A stretch of 64,000 nt of DNA from Eledone cirrhosa (taxonomy: Eukaryota): NCBI GenBank assembly GCA_964016885.1, contig OZ024740.1, forward strand, positions 386,756,001 through 386,820,000, read 5' to 3'. Numbering within the stretch: position 1 is the stretch's first letter; every line of letters starts with the position of its first letter. Positions 1-13,603 of this stretch are shown one piece after another. A program made the translations under genes and the position numbers. Below the pieces are notes generated by a model. The model was given only the letters and a program-made list of their open reading frames with translations. It was not told where the DNA came from and made no database searches.

Positions 1-24
1 ACATCATCATTTTTTCACATAATT

Positions 25-93
25 CTATTATACATATTTCAAAGATGTCAGAGTGGTTATATAATAACCCCCTGGCATGTTTTCATCAGATAG
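25..93 (-). ncRNA. Type I hammerhead ribozyme motif (Penelope-like element terminus)
   Basis: Minus strand reads ctat-CTGATGA-aaacatgccagggggttattatataaccactctgacatcttt-GAAA-tatgta-TA-atag. Helix I ctat/atag, hairpin helix II, near-palindromic helix III. Confidence 0.7.
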
Positions 94-184
94 TGTCCGA
101 CGTCTTTTCCTATCCATTGATATTTTACTGGTTTCTCGTGTTTACATCGCTGACCAGTACCCATGAACTGAATTATATATATAT

Positions 185-489
185 ATATTCATTTTATTAA
201 GGCTGAATAGCGAGTCTTATTACTCAACAAATTCCAAAGTAACAAGACTCATTATTCAGCCATAATAAAATGAATATATGTTTATATATATATATATATA
301 TGTGTGGTTGACAGTGGAGAGAAAGGAGTATACTGAAGTAGAGTTTTAATATTCATTTTATTATGGCTGAATAATGAGTCTTGTTACTTTGGAATTTGTT
401 GAGTAATAAGACTCGCTATTCAGCCTTAATAAAATGAATATTAAAAATCTACTTCAGTATACTCCTTTCTCTCCACTGTCAACCACACA
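185..489. repeat. Nested fold-back element: ~190 bp hairpin (301-489) plus an inverted copy of its core (185-277)
   Basis: 301-388 is a near-perfect reverse complement of 402-489; 185-277 is the reverse complement of 349-441; flanked by (TA)n. Confidence 0.9.
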
Positions 490-825
490 TACACACATCT
501 ATATATATATATATAAACATATAAACATATACATACAGAGAGAGGGGGGGGGAGAAAGAGAGAGAATGTGAGAAAGAAAGAGAATGCGAGAAAGAGAAAG
601 GGAAAAAGACAAACAAACATACAGATAAATGAATAGATAGATACAAATGAGATTACAAATGAAACAAAAGAGCACTCAACACATTCTGTAGAGTTTACAG
701 CATCTGAATGACTAGGAGTATATTTTTCTCACTCCTGTGAGACTCGAAGTAATGTAATTCTGAGTCAAACTGATTATACAAAGAAATATGTGTGCATGTG
801 TGTGTGTGAGTATGTATGTATTTGT

Positions 826-2040
826 ATATTGTAAGAAAGAAAATAAGGCAGCGGTCCCCTCCGGGAAGTGGCCATGCGCAGAGTGTAGGAAAGGCGTAGG
901 TAGAAATTCCATTTTGTGTCCCAAATGCAAAGTTTGGGTGCATAAAAGATGTAGTGGGATCACATGTAAGCTAACTAAGAACATAGATTTTACATGTGGC
1001 CGGTGTTCTGGGGCAATAAGTAGCAGCAAGTGCCCACAAAATACTAGCTCTTTCAACTGCGCAGAGGGTTCTATAGAAATAGTGGACAGCTTCCGTTACC
1101 TGGGTGACAAAATCAGCAGTGGGGGAGGGTGCTCTGAAAGTACAGTAGCTAGAGTCAGAACTGGGTGGAAAAAGTTCAGAGAGCTTATACCACTATTAGC
1201 CGCTAAAGGGTTCTCCCTAAAAATGAAAGGCAGGTTGTACGATGCCTGCATACGAACAGCAATGTTGCATGGCAGTGAGACCTGGGCATTGTGTGCAGAG
1301 GATATACGCAGACTAGAGAGAAACGAAGCTTCCATGCTCCGCTGGATGTGTAATAGTAATATACGTGAACGACAAAGCATAAACGAACTAAGGAAAAAAT
1401 TAGAAATAAGAGGGATCAGATGTTGTTTACTAGAGAGAAGGCTACGTTGGTATGGTCACGTGATGCGCATGAAGGACGATAGCTGTATAACAAAGTGTAG
1501 GGCAATAAAGATAGACGGTAACCACGGAATAGGCAGACCCAGAAAAACCTGGGACGAGCTGATAAACTCCGACCTCACACACTTACACCTCACCAAGACA
1601 CTGGACCGAGACCTTTGGCGGTACTCAGTAATAGAGAAGACCCGCCTTACCTAAATACAAAGTAAAACCTACTACAGTCAGTAGGCATCTCTAACAAAAT
1701 ACACCCCCGTCCCACCACCCCCACCCCATCCACACCGCCCCCTTCTATGTAAAGTTATGTTGGTGCCACACCATCCAGGCCGAAACAAATGAGATCGTGT
1801 AGGTGTCACGACAAAAAAACACACAGTCCACGCTGTAATGTGGCTGTGTAGGCAACACGGTAAAAACCTCCCAGACCCACACTGTAAATGTGGTTGGTGT
1901 TAGGAAGGGCATCCAACTGTAGAAAACCTGCCAGACAGTCCTATGCGAGTAAGACAATCACTCTTGCCTCAAGTGGGAAAACCCCCGTCCAAACCCATGC
2001 AAGCTTGGAACACGGACGTTAAACGTTGATGATGATGATG
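826..2040 (+). mobile_element. 5'-truncated RTE-clade LINE: ORF C-terminus with PHD-like Cys/His finger, 3' UTR and (GAT)n tail
   Basis: ORF to 1654 has C-x2-C..C-x2-C..H-x2-C..C-x2-C followed by [38 protein letters not shown], typical of post-RT RTE sequence. The first ~12 codons of the supplied ORF are microsatellite. Confidence 0.92.
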
Positions 2041-3470
2041 ATATATATATGTGAGTATGTGTATGTCTGTGTGGAAAGTCAGGTCTATGACAAACAATCT
2101 ATCTAATGTTTGTGCCACAATAAGACATATTCAACACACTCTGTAAAGTAGTTGGTGTTAGGAAGGGCTTCATGCCATAGAAACCATGCCAAAAAAGGTT
2201 GAGAAAACCCTCCTGTCACGACATGACAACCTCTCTAGTGCTGGTGGACAAAAAATTCGCTCAGAACACCCTGCAAGGTGGTTGGTGATAGAGAAGGCAT
2301 CCAGTTGTAGATACCATGCCAAAGAAGAATCTTCAATTGTGTCAAGGGCCCAACAACCTCTAAAGTGTTTTTTTTTTTTTGGGGGGGGGGGGAGTTTACA
2401 CAATAAACACACCCAGTACACTCTGTAAAGTGGTTGGTGATATGAAAGACAACCAGAAAACCTACCAAGATCATGGTCCACCAGGCCATCTGAGAGGTCA
2501 GTAGCACTGCTTGAGTACTGATTCAGTCTGTCACAACCCATCTATTCCTTGTTAGCAAGCAAGATGAAGGTGATGATATATATATATGCATATACATGTG
2601 TGTGTGTATATATATATATATGTATATATATGTAAACTGGTTGGTGATAGGAAGGGCATCTAGTCATAGAAATCTAGCCAAACAATGGTTGTATCAAAGG
2701 CATAACAACCTCTCCTGAGCACTCGATGGAATGTGAGACCATACATAAGCGCACAGGTTCCTGGCCTGCGTGGGAGATCAGTGACTCTGCCTCAGTACTG
2801 ACTTGGTCTATATGGACCCTTGCTAGTAGGGAAAGCAGACATAGAAAGGATGATGATGATATATATACACACACACATAGTAGATTAGACACAAATAAGC
2901 AAGGTACTTTATTACAAAGAATGCACAACAACTCAACAGGTTGTCAGTTATATATTATATATCTTTTTATAAAATCTTATAGGCAATAATATATTGTAAA
3001 GTAAATTTTTAATTTATTTCCTATTTTAAAAATATTCCAATAAATAAATATTTTGCAATTTATTTCCTCTACTCTCCTATATTTCCTCTCAAGATGAATG
3101 AGGCAGATAAATTGTTACAGTAAACAGATGGTTACTGTTTTGGGGATTTTTTTCAATCTATTTTATTTTATCTATCATGGAGCAAAACAAGTTGTATGCA
3201 ATATACGTGAAATACTTCAGTTTACAAAGAAATTTTATAACAACAGTATTTGTAATTTTCCTTCTATGAACAGTATTGATTTTGAAGATCTGAAGACACT
3301 TGCTATTAAGAAAAAAAAAAAAACAAACATTGTAAATAACTTAAAAGTGGAGCAAACACTATCAATACTGTCCTTAAATATATTCATGTTAAAAAAATAT
3401 AAAATTTATGTATTTAAATTTTATTGCCATGTTTAGTTAAAACATAACAGTGAAATTAAAATACATTTAA

Positions 3471-3700
3471 CCCTGTCATGACAGTATTTCTAATGAAAGA
3501 TAGTTTATTTCAATTAATTAATGAAGAATTTTGATAGGTTTACTAAATTATTAATTATTTCATTACTAAGTTAGTAACTGAACACATGGATCTTATATAT
3601 AATTATGTTAGAAGCTTTCAGTTTAAATAGGAACACTTTCAATACGTGGTTTTGTTTTGAAGAACCAGGGCTGCCTTTGGGCAGGTTGCTTTCAAAAGGG
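3471..3700. mobile_element. piggyBac-like MITE
   Basis: TTAA|CCC...GGG|TTAA termini (TTAA at 3467-3470 and 3701-3704); body related to 24916-25164. Confidence 0.65.
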
Positions 3701-3727
3701 TTAATCTCATTATTGCATTATGTTAAG

Positions 3728-3980
3728 ACTAGCAGAAAAACCACCGTTCGAATGGTTTTCTGCTAGTGTAGTGTGCATATTGATATTATACGCAAGTATA
3801 TATGCATGTAGATATGATACATCAAATAAAATCGTAATTGACAATATCCACAGAAATTGAACGAAGACTACATTACACTCTCTTATGTAATCAGTAAAGT
3901 AATCCATGATACATTAAAAAAAAAGACGATATTATATATAAACTGCATTAGAAGAAAATTAGTGACGGAAATATATGAAT
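3728..3980 (-). mobile_element. Helitron-like non-autonomous fragment
   Basis: Terminal hairpin actagcagaaaa...ttttctgctagt and downstream ttagtgacggaaatat, both shared with 54687-54910. Confidence 0.5.
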
Positions 3981-4788
3981 TTTTATTTAAACGATCGCTA
4001 ACTGGAAGTGTTGACATTTGAAAATTTTAAAGAAGTGAAATCTTAAAATAAGCAACAAAATTATTTATATTTAATCAAGAATAACGAAATTAGTAGATAA
4101 ATTATGTAATATTGATTCATTATTTATTCAAAGTAATCCAACTTATTTTACAAATGGGATAAAAAAATATATTCTGGATGCAGTCCCACACTCCTTTCTT
4201 TATTCATCATCATCATCATCATCGTTTAACGTCTATCTTCCACACTAGCATATTTTAGATTAGATTTAGGTGTAATAATAACCTTTTAATATGACCACAT
4301 TAATAAAATGTTAATAGATTACTTATTTCTTTCTGGAACACAAACTCTTTTACATGTTTCTTATAGCCATGCTGAATTGGCAGTGTTTAGAATATTGGAT
4401 AAAATGCTTTAAGGTATTTAGCTCTCTGTGCTCTCAGTTTAAATATCATCGAGGTTAACTTTGCCTTTCATTCTTTTGAGGTCAATAAAAAAAGTACCAG
4501 TCTTAGGGTTGATTCTTTCTCTTTATCTCTTTCTCACTCTCTCTCCTTCTCTGGAAGAAATCAGCTGTGTTCAGACCTGGAGAGAGATGGACTCTGCCAG
4601 ATTTAAAAACCTCCAAAATGCCATATATCTTTAAGGCACCCCTATGACTCCACCAGGAGTGAGGGGTCCATACATAGCCATGCTACAGTGAAAACATTAG
4701 TTCCCATATAACCTGCAAAATTAATTGTATTAATGGGAAAATCCAGGTGTTGTAAGCATCTTCAAAGTGTGGCTGCTGTAGAGTGGTG

Positions 4789-4946
4789 TTAACTCTTTAA
4801 CATTTACATTACTCTATATATACTATTATATTTTCACAGTAAAGGCTTTACCTCACATAATATCGAAGCTATGATATTTTGATATTATTTATTTTGAGAA
4901 CAATACCATAACATCAGTACAGCTGGTTTGAACAGATAGAGGTTAA
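4789..4946. mobile_element. Degenerate piggyBac-like MITE (family of 6831-7253 and 30631-30834)
   Basis: Shares catttacattactctata...cacagtaaaggctttacctcac body; TTAA-bounded. Confidence 0.6.
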
Positions 4947-5045
4947 ATCTCCCACCAAAGTTCAGTTTGCAGCATGAGTTCAATTTCTGGCTGAATTATT
5001 TCCTTCTATTTAATACTCTACCTGCAATTGCCAACTATAGATAAT

Positions 5046-5229
5046 TGTTTCTACTTTAGGCACAAGGCCAGCAATTACCCAGTGCATTACTGATACTTTA
5101 TTTTATCGACCCCGTAAGGATGAAAGGCAAAGTCAACCTTGGCGGGATTTGAACTCAGATCGTAAAGGGACGTAACTATGCTGGAAAGCATGGCGTCCGA
5201 CCCTCTACCGATACTGCCAATCCACCGCC
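5046..5229 (-). mobile_element. tRNA-derived SINE family A with 19-bp TSD
   Basis: Box A/B-like motifs (tggcagtatcgg; gagttcaaatcc) and body ctttgcctttcatccttacggggtcgataaaataaagta; TSD attgccaactatagataat at 5027-5045 and 5230-5248. Further copies near 5710-5895(+), 6888-7078(+), 11215-11402(-), 19145-19290(+), 19430-19645(+), 22965-23133(-), 27780-27940(+), 40340-40475(-), 48060-48215(+), 48965-49110(+), 55562-55752(-), 58645-58822(-), 59652-59795(-), 62790-62960(+). Confidence 0.9.
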
Positions 5230-6204
5230 ATTGCCAACTATAGATAATAATATGGAGAGTGAGCTGCTGTCCTGAAAACTGATTTGTCTTTAACTACCAT
5301 GGAAGAATGTATGTAAAACGGTGATGATGATGATGATGACAGAACATAGACATGTTTTCAGATCCAATAATCAATTAAGAATGACATTTCAGTGAAAAAA
5401 TTTGCATAATGGAAAGACACAAGGAGACCTAACAGCTAGACATTGGAATAAGATAATGACATTCTACAAGATAAAACATATTTCAGTTAAAAAAAAATTA
5501 TATTATGGATTATTGAAATGCCATGTCTTTTAGACATGGAGTAATCTCGTGCTGTCCTCTTTGATCTACCTCCTCTCTTTAAGTTCCCATCTCCTGTAGA
5601 CAACTTTCTTTTTCATCTGTTTTTTTTCTGGCAGATGTTGAACATTCTTAATAGTTATCTTTAAGGCATTCAACCAAACAAACACTGTACAACAATCTTT
5701 TTGCAATCTGGGATTGGCAGTATCGGTAGAGGGTCGGACGCCATGCTTTGACACATTTAGTTACAGCCCTTGCCATTCTGAGTTCAAATCCCGCCGAGGT
5801 TAACTTTGCCTTTCATCCTTACAGGGTCGATAAAATAAAGTACCAGTAATACACTGGGGTAATAGCTGGCCTTGTACCAAAAGCAGAAACAATTATTAAA
5901 AAGATAAAGGTGTTGTGTAGGACATTGCTGAAGAACTAAGCAAGAGTTCATATGTAATATACCTCTATTGACACCATAGCATGGATATACATGGGTCAAC
6001 TAACCAGCCAAAGCTTTCATCAAACAGCTCTGTATAAACACTAGATGTTGACTTGTGCACCTCACAAACTCTATGTGGAATTGTGATGGCTGGCATGATT
6101 GAATCAGATAAATTCATGCAAGTTCAACCAAATATGTATCTTTAATGGCTCCAGATTCAATTATATATTTTTCAATACTCTTTTGTGTACTTTCCATTCA
6201 TAAT

Positions 6205-6610
6205 AATGAAATAATAATAATGAAATTATTGTGTACAGTGCTCAGGTGCACTACAACTCATCAAAGGTGCATGTATAGTACATAGAATAATAAAGTGACA
6301 GGAAAATGAACAGTGTATGAGTCATGATATAATAACAATAACAATAATGAAATATTGTGTACAGTGCCCAGGTGCACCACAACTCATCAAAAAAGTGCAT
6401 GTACAGTACATAGGGCAATGCACAAACATCAGTAAAATGAACAGTGCACGAGTCATGATACACACATGTGTGCATGTGTATGGAAGGGGTACATCAGGTG
6501 TAGTTTTGGCGTATCTCGGGAAGCATGAGTGTCTTAAAGGATGCAGTGTCTCGGCAGCTAACAATTGACGCAGGCAGTTTGTTCCATGCTTCAGCAACTC
6601 TGAGCGTGAA
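6205..6610 (-). mobile_element. CR1-like LINE 3' end with tandemly duplicated 3' UTR
   Basis: Minus strand encodes FTLRVAEAWNKLPASIVSCRDTASFK (CR1 ORF2 C-terminal motif); ~6220-6330 is repeated at ~6345-6460; (ATT)n-like tail. Confidence 0.7.
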
Positions 6611-6830
6611 TGTAGCTAGAGATGTAATTGTAGTTTCTACAACAAACTTGAAAGATATATTTGATTCGAAAGTTATATAAGCACAACTACTGATTCCAAT
6701 TCAATTTTAAAATGAGCAGATTTAAGTTCATCAAATGTGATCATTCAACAAATAGTTAATCCAAGATTTGGCTGACAAAATTGATATACACAATTGGCTT
6801 GCTGCAGCACAGATAAAATATTGTCTTTAA

Positions 6831-7253
6831 CCCTTTAGCATTTACATTACTCTATATATACTATTATATTTTCATATTTTCATATTTTAGCGGTGGATTG
6901 GCAGTATCGGTAGAGGGTCGGATGCCATGCTTTGACGCATAGAGTTACGGCCCTTGCCATTCTGAGTTCAAATCCCGCCGAGGTTAACTTTGCCTTTCAT
7001 CCTTACGGGGTCGATAAAATAAAGTACCAGTAATACACTGGGTAATTGCTGGCCTTGTGCCAAAAGTAGAAACAATTATATTTTCATGGTAAAGGCTTTA
7101 TCTCGCATAATTATCTCACATAATATCAAATCTATGAGATTTTAAAAGTATTTATTTTGAGAACAATACCTTAACATCAGTTTGAACGACCAGTTACAGC
7201 CAGTTTCAACAGAAAGAGGTAGAGAATTCTGGCCGGTTTTGAACATTAAAGGG
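6831..7253. mobile_element. piggyBac-like MITE with nested SINE A (6888-7078)
   Basis: TTAA|ccctttagcattt...aacattaaaggg|TTAA; an uninterrupted relative lies at 30631-30834. Confidence 0.8.
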
Positions 7254-8811
7254 TTAAAATAAAACAAGCAAACATTTTCTTTTACATACAAAAGTTGTTA
7301 ATGTAAAGTTATTAATGCTAATAGAATGAGGTAATATAATGTATGGTAATATAGTCAAATGTGATGAATTGCCAGTCATTATAATGTCAGATAGAATGCT
7401 TTGTGGTATTTGTTTTGGCTCTCTGTGTTCTCTGAGCCCAAATCCAGCCAACATCAATTTTGTCTTTCTTCCTTTCAAGGTTGATAAAAAAATGTACCAG
7501 TCCAGTACTGGAGTTGATTCCTCCTCTATATCTCTTTCTCACTACCTCTCTAGTACTCTCTCACTTTCTCTGAAAGAAATTGGCTATGTTCAAAACTGGA
7601 GAGGGAATGGATTCTGCTAAGTTTAAAATGCCCAAAACATACTGTATGTCATGACATAGCCCCTATGACTCCATCAGGAGTTACAGATTCATACATACAA
7701 TATTGTCAGAAGAGGATCACAAAGGCCAGTGGTTAACAGATGAAAAATAAATCTTACCTCATCACTGGATACTAATCTATTGCAAATTAATGATCTCAGA
7801 TGATTTGTTATCTATTTCCAGTATGTTTTTAACTGTTGCTGTTTAGTCAGGAAGAGAAGAGCAGTGACCATAATCCATTTCCGGGCCTTTGAAATTGATC
7901 AAAGAGAAGTGTGGAAGGAATCCTCAAACTGTAGACCTGGTCCAAATACTTGCAATATTGTGGATTCTGTTAAAGGCAGTATTAAACTTGATGATAGATC
8001 AAGTCTACTATCCAAATAGGCAATGGCGAGATTTGAATTAAGAATGTAAGAAGCCAGAATACAAGGTACCTTGTCTGACGATCTAATAATTCTGCCAATC
8101 CACTGTACTAGAATGGTACTTTATTTTATAGACTTCAAAAAGATGAAAAGCAAAGTTGCTCTAACGACTCAGCCAATTTGTCACCTAGGCTAGGTGAACT
8201 AAAGAGAATAGAATTAAATGTACTGTAGAAAAGCACAAGACAACTTGCTGTAGATTTGAACTCAAAACTTATATGTTTCTAGCACCAATATGTTGTCTAC
8301 TAGGCCATTTCACATCTAATACAACCCAATCTGCCCATACACATATTGCTGGAATAACTAGGCTCACAGCTCTTCCTTTATGTATGTTTAGTTAAATACA
8401 AAACTTTCACTTGCAAACACAGACTTGATACTATTTTACCTCAGGTAAAAAGGTGTTCCAAATGTTATCATTGTCTTTTTTTTTTTTTTTGTAGATCAGG
8501 AAGTACATTGTCCAATGTTTTATTCCTTGTTTAAGTCATTACAGTGATGTGACTTCTATTTCTAGCAAATAAAGTGACGGCTTAGAGGTTCCCTCGTTAG
8601 TTGCAACTGGATCATGTACTTAGGTCATGTATATGGGTCATAATAATCTTATTTCTGCTCTGTAGCAATAACTGAATAATTTCTAACATCTTTTTTAATA
8701 CTTTTAGTTGAAATAGACAGGATAAAAAGATAGAAACACAGACAAGTGGATAAATAAATAGAGACAGACAGAGATCAATAGATAGACAGCTGGACATATA
8801 TATATATAATC

Positions 8812-9200
8812 ATCATCATCATCATCATCGTTTAACATCTATCTTCCACGCTAACATGGGTTAGTCGGGAGTTGTCCCACCTGAGGCAATATTGTTGTAT
8901 AGGACTATCTGGCAGGTTTTTTTACGGCTGGATGCCCATTCTAATACCAACCACATTTACAGTGGGACTGGGAACTTTTTACTGTGTTACCTACATGACC
9001 ACATTACAGCGTGGACTGTGTATTTTTTTTGTTGTGACGCCTACACGATCTCATTAGTTTGGACTGGATGTTATGGTACAAACATAACTTTATAGAGAAA
9101 GGGTGGTGTTGGCGGGAGTGGGAGGATGGAGTAGGGGTAGTGGGTTGAGGGTGTATGTTTGGTTTGGAGGGGCCAACTGACTGTAGGTTAACTTTGCACA
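8812..9200 (-). mobile_element. RTE 3' UTR fragment (subfamily of the 21232-22516 copy)
   Basis: Reverse complement of ~22120-22515; (CAT)n tail at the left end. Confidence 0.85.
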
Positions 9201-10265
9201 CATATATATATATATATATATATAGACAGATGAGTAGACAGACAGGAGGAGATGAGTAATTATTTAGATATATAGTGATAATACCTAACTGTCCATGATT
9301 GTAAAATTAGGAAAGAAATCAATGATAAACAAACAAAAATATTTCAGGCAGTGAAGGCTGGGAATATGCCAGTTAAACATGAAAATAATGATTATTTTAA
9401 CCTTATCACTCAGCGGTTTTTGTCTCCTTTCCTTCTTCTTTTCCATCTACTTTCTATTTCATGTTAGCTTTGTCTATTAGCAATCCTACCAACACAGCTT
9501 ACATACAAGCTGTCAGTCATAAGTCTTTCACATGTATTATATATTTATTCACAACCCTGTTTCTGATCAGCTTACTACTTACTATGAGCCACCAACAGAT
9601 GCGTTTCAGTTACCCAGTTCTTATTAAGCAATTCTTAACTAAATACCTAAGGACCAGCCACTCTCTGATCTCTGACAGGTTTCTCTTTGAATCTATAGGG
9701 GTGGAAACACCCTACCCACTAACATCCTCAACCCCCAAATCACCTCGCTGTTTAGTTCAATAGGGATAGAATGAGCCCTGTGAAACTGCTCTTTCAGCAC
9801 ACCTTCCTCTTCTTTGGAATAACATATTTACTATTTTATCACAGGTACAGGTAGCAGAAAACATGACTTGCTATAATAAAATATCCTTTTCATTGTTCAT
9901 TAAAATAAGATATAGTGCTATTTCAGTATATACTTTCTTTATTCTTAGACGTTTTACAGAAGTACTTTTGTTTTAGACATAAATTACAACAACTTATATT
10001 CACCTTAAACACATCCATAAGTAGTAGGGTTGTATTTATATTTGCTAATCAAGTTATTCAGAGAATTTATTGTGGAATTTATCAAATGTGTTGAGTTTAT
10101 CAGAAAGTTAAATATTCAACTTTCCTAGTATTCAGTCCTTTATTGTATGACTGGTCTACTTAATCTTAATATTAATGAAACCACAAGTTATACTTTAGTT
10201 TATATGCATATTTTTTATTATCCTTGGTTAACACCAATGTTTATATTATCCCGTTTAGATTTTAA

Positions 10266-10296
<31 letters not shown>

Positions 10297-11489
10297 ATTA
10301 GATATGTACCTCTAACTTATATGCTCATTGTAACTAATTCTTTATGTTATATTTCTATAACTTTATTTATTAAATGCCATCACTGCAACACTAAAAATAG
10401 ATATGGCAAGAGACCAGAAGACTATATAGAGCAAAATGTCACTTAGCCTGCAGTGGATGATACAATTTCTGCTACAATGGAATACACACAGAACCCTTCC
10501 TGTAAAATAGGGAGTGAATAGACCAAGACAATATTGGTGCCATAATAAAATAGAGACAATACAAGATAAAGAGGACTTGCACCCAGATGAAATGCACCCA
10601 GTACACTCTGTAAATTGGTAGTGCTAGTGCCACAATAAAACACATCTTGTACACCCTTGAAGGTGGTAGGTGTTAGGAAAGGCATCCAGTCATAGAAGCT
10701 ATGCCAAATATGGAGCATATGAGCAAAATGAGGTCTCTTCAACCTGTCTAGTCTCAGACAGTAATAACCTATCCAACCCATGCCAATAGAGAAAGCAGAT
10801 GTAAAATGATGATGATGATGATATTGTAACTTTATATTTTTACCAGCTAATATTTATGTTCAATATAATAAATTTAATCCACTCTTACTTCAAATTCCTT
10901 CTATTTTTATTATTTATTTCATTATCAATTGTTGATTTTATTTGTTTGCTTTTTTTTTTACAAGTAGCTGAAATATTTTTGTTTACAAGTTGAATTTTTG
11001 TTTGTTTTTGTATTTGTTTTGCAAGATTCTTGAAATGGAATCATGTATTGTTATACTTTGGGAGGGTCATTTGGCCAATAAAAACACCACATATTGGTTG
11101 TAGTTCATTCCAGTTAATTACTTAATCAACAAATCTTTTGTCACAACCTGTGGCCTTACTAATGATGTGTCCTTTATGCCCAAAAGACCATCAACAACCA
11201 ATTAGTTAATTAATAATTGTTTCTACTTTTGGCACAAGGCCAGCAATTACCCAATTCATTACTGGTACTTTATTTTATCAACCCGGTAAGGATGAAAGGC
11301 AAAGTTAACCTTGGCGGGATTTGAATTCAGACCGTAAAGGGACGTAACTATGCTGGAAAGCATGGCGTCCGACTCTCTACCGATACTGCCAATTCACCGC
11401 CCTAATTAGTTAGTTAATTAATAATAAGATAGAAGTGAACTATACCCATTGTTTCTTTTTTACTGACTGAATGATCCTCCTTTAGTGAA

Positions 11490-11600
11490 GGCATATGGTT
11501 AGAGAGCTGGATTTGCAATCATGAGGTTGCGAGTTCAATTCTCGGACCGGGTGATGTGTTGTGTCCTTGAGCAAAACACTTTATTTCACATTGCTCCTTT
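11490..11600 (+). mobile_element. CORE-like tRNA SINE head (family B related)
   Basis: gagttcaattctcggaccgggtgatgtgttgtgtccttgagcaaaacactttatttcacattgctcc; relatives at 17335-17630 and 61110-61250. Confidence 0.7.
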
Positions 11601-12737
11601 TGCCAGGATTTACGACTGGTTGATAGTATGAGCAACGTAAAGATCAATGGAAACAGATCTGACAAGCTCCACCCCACTGGGCAAGCAAATAAGGTCTGGG
11701 ATCTTGTCGATCGATCAGAACAAATGAACCTCCCAAAGTACAATAATATAAAATATTTTCGTTATCCTTCAAAATTGTTTCATTGACTTCTGTCAGACAG
11801 AAGGTTGCAATGACTTTCTTCTTAGATTCATATGCTCGTTGGGTAGAGTCTAACAACTTACATAGACTTATCCTACAACTTTTGAAGATTGTCTTCATGT
11901 AGTTTATCTGGGTCGAAGTCTGATACAGCTTATCTCCCTTTCTATACAAGTGCTGGCTGGTGCTTAGAGTATTGGCTACACAAGCATAACTTCATAGGTT
12001 TGATTTTAAGATGGAATGTCACATTTGTGTCCTTGAACAAAGTACTTCCTTTCATGTTGCTCCAGTCAACTTAGCTGAAAATGAATACCAGCTGCATCTG
12101 GGGGTCAACTTTGTGATGGACTGGCATCGCATCTTGTACCCTCAGTCATTTAATGCCACATGAAACCAGAATAAGCTTCAGTCTGGTTAGGCTTAAGGCC
12201 TCCCAAGAAAGATATTAACTTTAATTCAAGCTATATATATATCCAGTAAACTTTTCAAATAACGCTCCAACTAGCCGCTACTCAGCCATCCTCAGATTGT
12301 CTTCTACCTCTATAATAAAAACCAGTACTGGGGGTTGATATGATGGACTAAATCTCTACAAGTTGGTGTTCCAGCATGACCATAGTCTAATGACTGAAAC
12401 AAGTAAACGAATCTTAGAATATCTACCTAATTTATATAATCTCAAAGATGTAGGTGTATTATATTAGTAGTCATATTACTGACCATGGGGAGAGGAAATG
12501 CAAAGTTGAAACAAAAGGGATTTGAATAAAAAAATGTGAAATGTTAAACTAATTACTATAATGCATCTGGCTTTGCTTTTTTGTTTTGTTTTAGTTTTTT
12601 TTTTTTCCTGTGTCACTTTCAATCATCATCTTTGGCAACTACACAAGAATCCAGGTCATTATCAAAATGTATTTTTTTAAATAAAATATTTAAGCTAGTT
12701 TATCATTAGTTATTCACATAAAAAAGTAGGTTAATAC

Positions 12738-13020
<283 letters not shown>

Positions 13021-13349
13021 AAGCTTGGTTGTAAAACAAAGGGTATCAACAAAACCCAATACATGAATAGAATGATATATACTTTATTATAGCTGGCCTA
13101 TAATCACTGATGTAGATTTATGGTTATTTTATGGCTACCATAAAGTACACATCATCATCACCATTTAACAGTTATTTTCCATACTTGCATGCTGAGGCTG
13201 GACTAATCAGGTAACTAGGTCCTCATTGTAGGTTCACTTTGGCTCGGTTTCTACATCCAGATGCCCTTCCTAACATCATATGAATATATATATATATAAA
13301 ATAAAATAAAATAAATAAGTCAAATGTTTAAAATTTAGCTTCGTTTATT

Positions 13350-13404
13350 ACTGCTATATATATTTCGGTGACAGCCATCTTTGGCTGTGACCTCTTCAGG
13401 CAGT
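13350..13404 (-). ncRNA. Minimal type I hammerhead ribozyme
   Basis: actgc-CTGAAGA-ggtcacagccaaagatggctgtcacc-GAAA-tatata-TA-gcagt: intact core, 5-bp helix I, 9 of 10 pairs in helix II, palindromic helix III. Confidence 0.85.
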
Positions 13405-13548
13405 TCGAATTACTGTGGTATAGACAAGTACATATGATTCCAGTTCCTCAGTGAAATAACAACCCAACCAGGAACTGGGCATATCAGAGTATTGACAAGG
13501 TTATACACCTCAACAACATATGTACTTGTCTATACCACACTAATTCGG

Positions 13549-13603
13549 ACTGCCTGAAGAGGTCACAGCCAAAGATGGCTGTCACGGAAATATATATAGC
13601 AAT
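13549..13603 (+). ncRNA. Minimal type I hammerhead ribozyme (second arm, slightly decayed)
   Basis: actgc-CTGAAGA-ggtcacagccaaagatggctgtcacg-GAAA-tatata-TA-gcaat. Confidence 0.75.

Noticed and set aside
7755-7830. Minus-strand gag|gtaag donor as possible next TMEM164 exon
   Set aside because: Upstream sequence shows no similarity to the expected IFLLA.PP exon.
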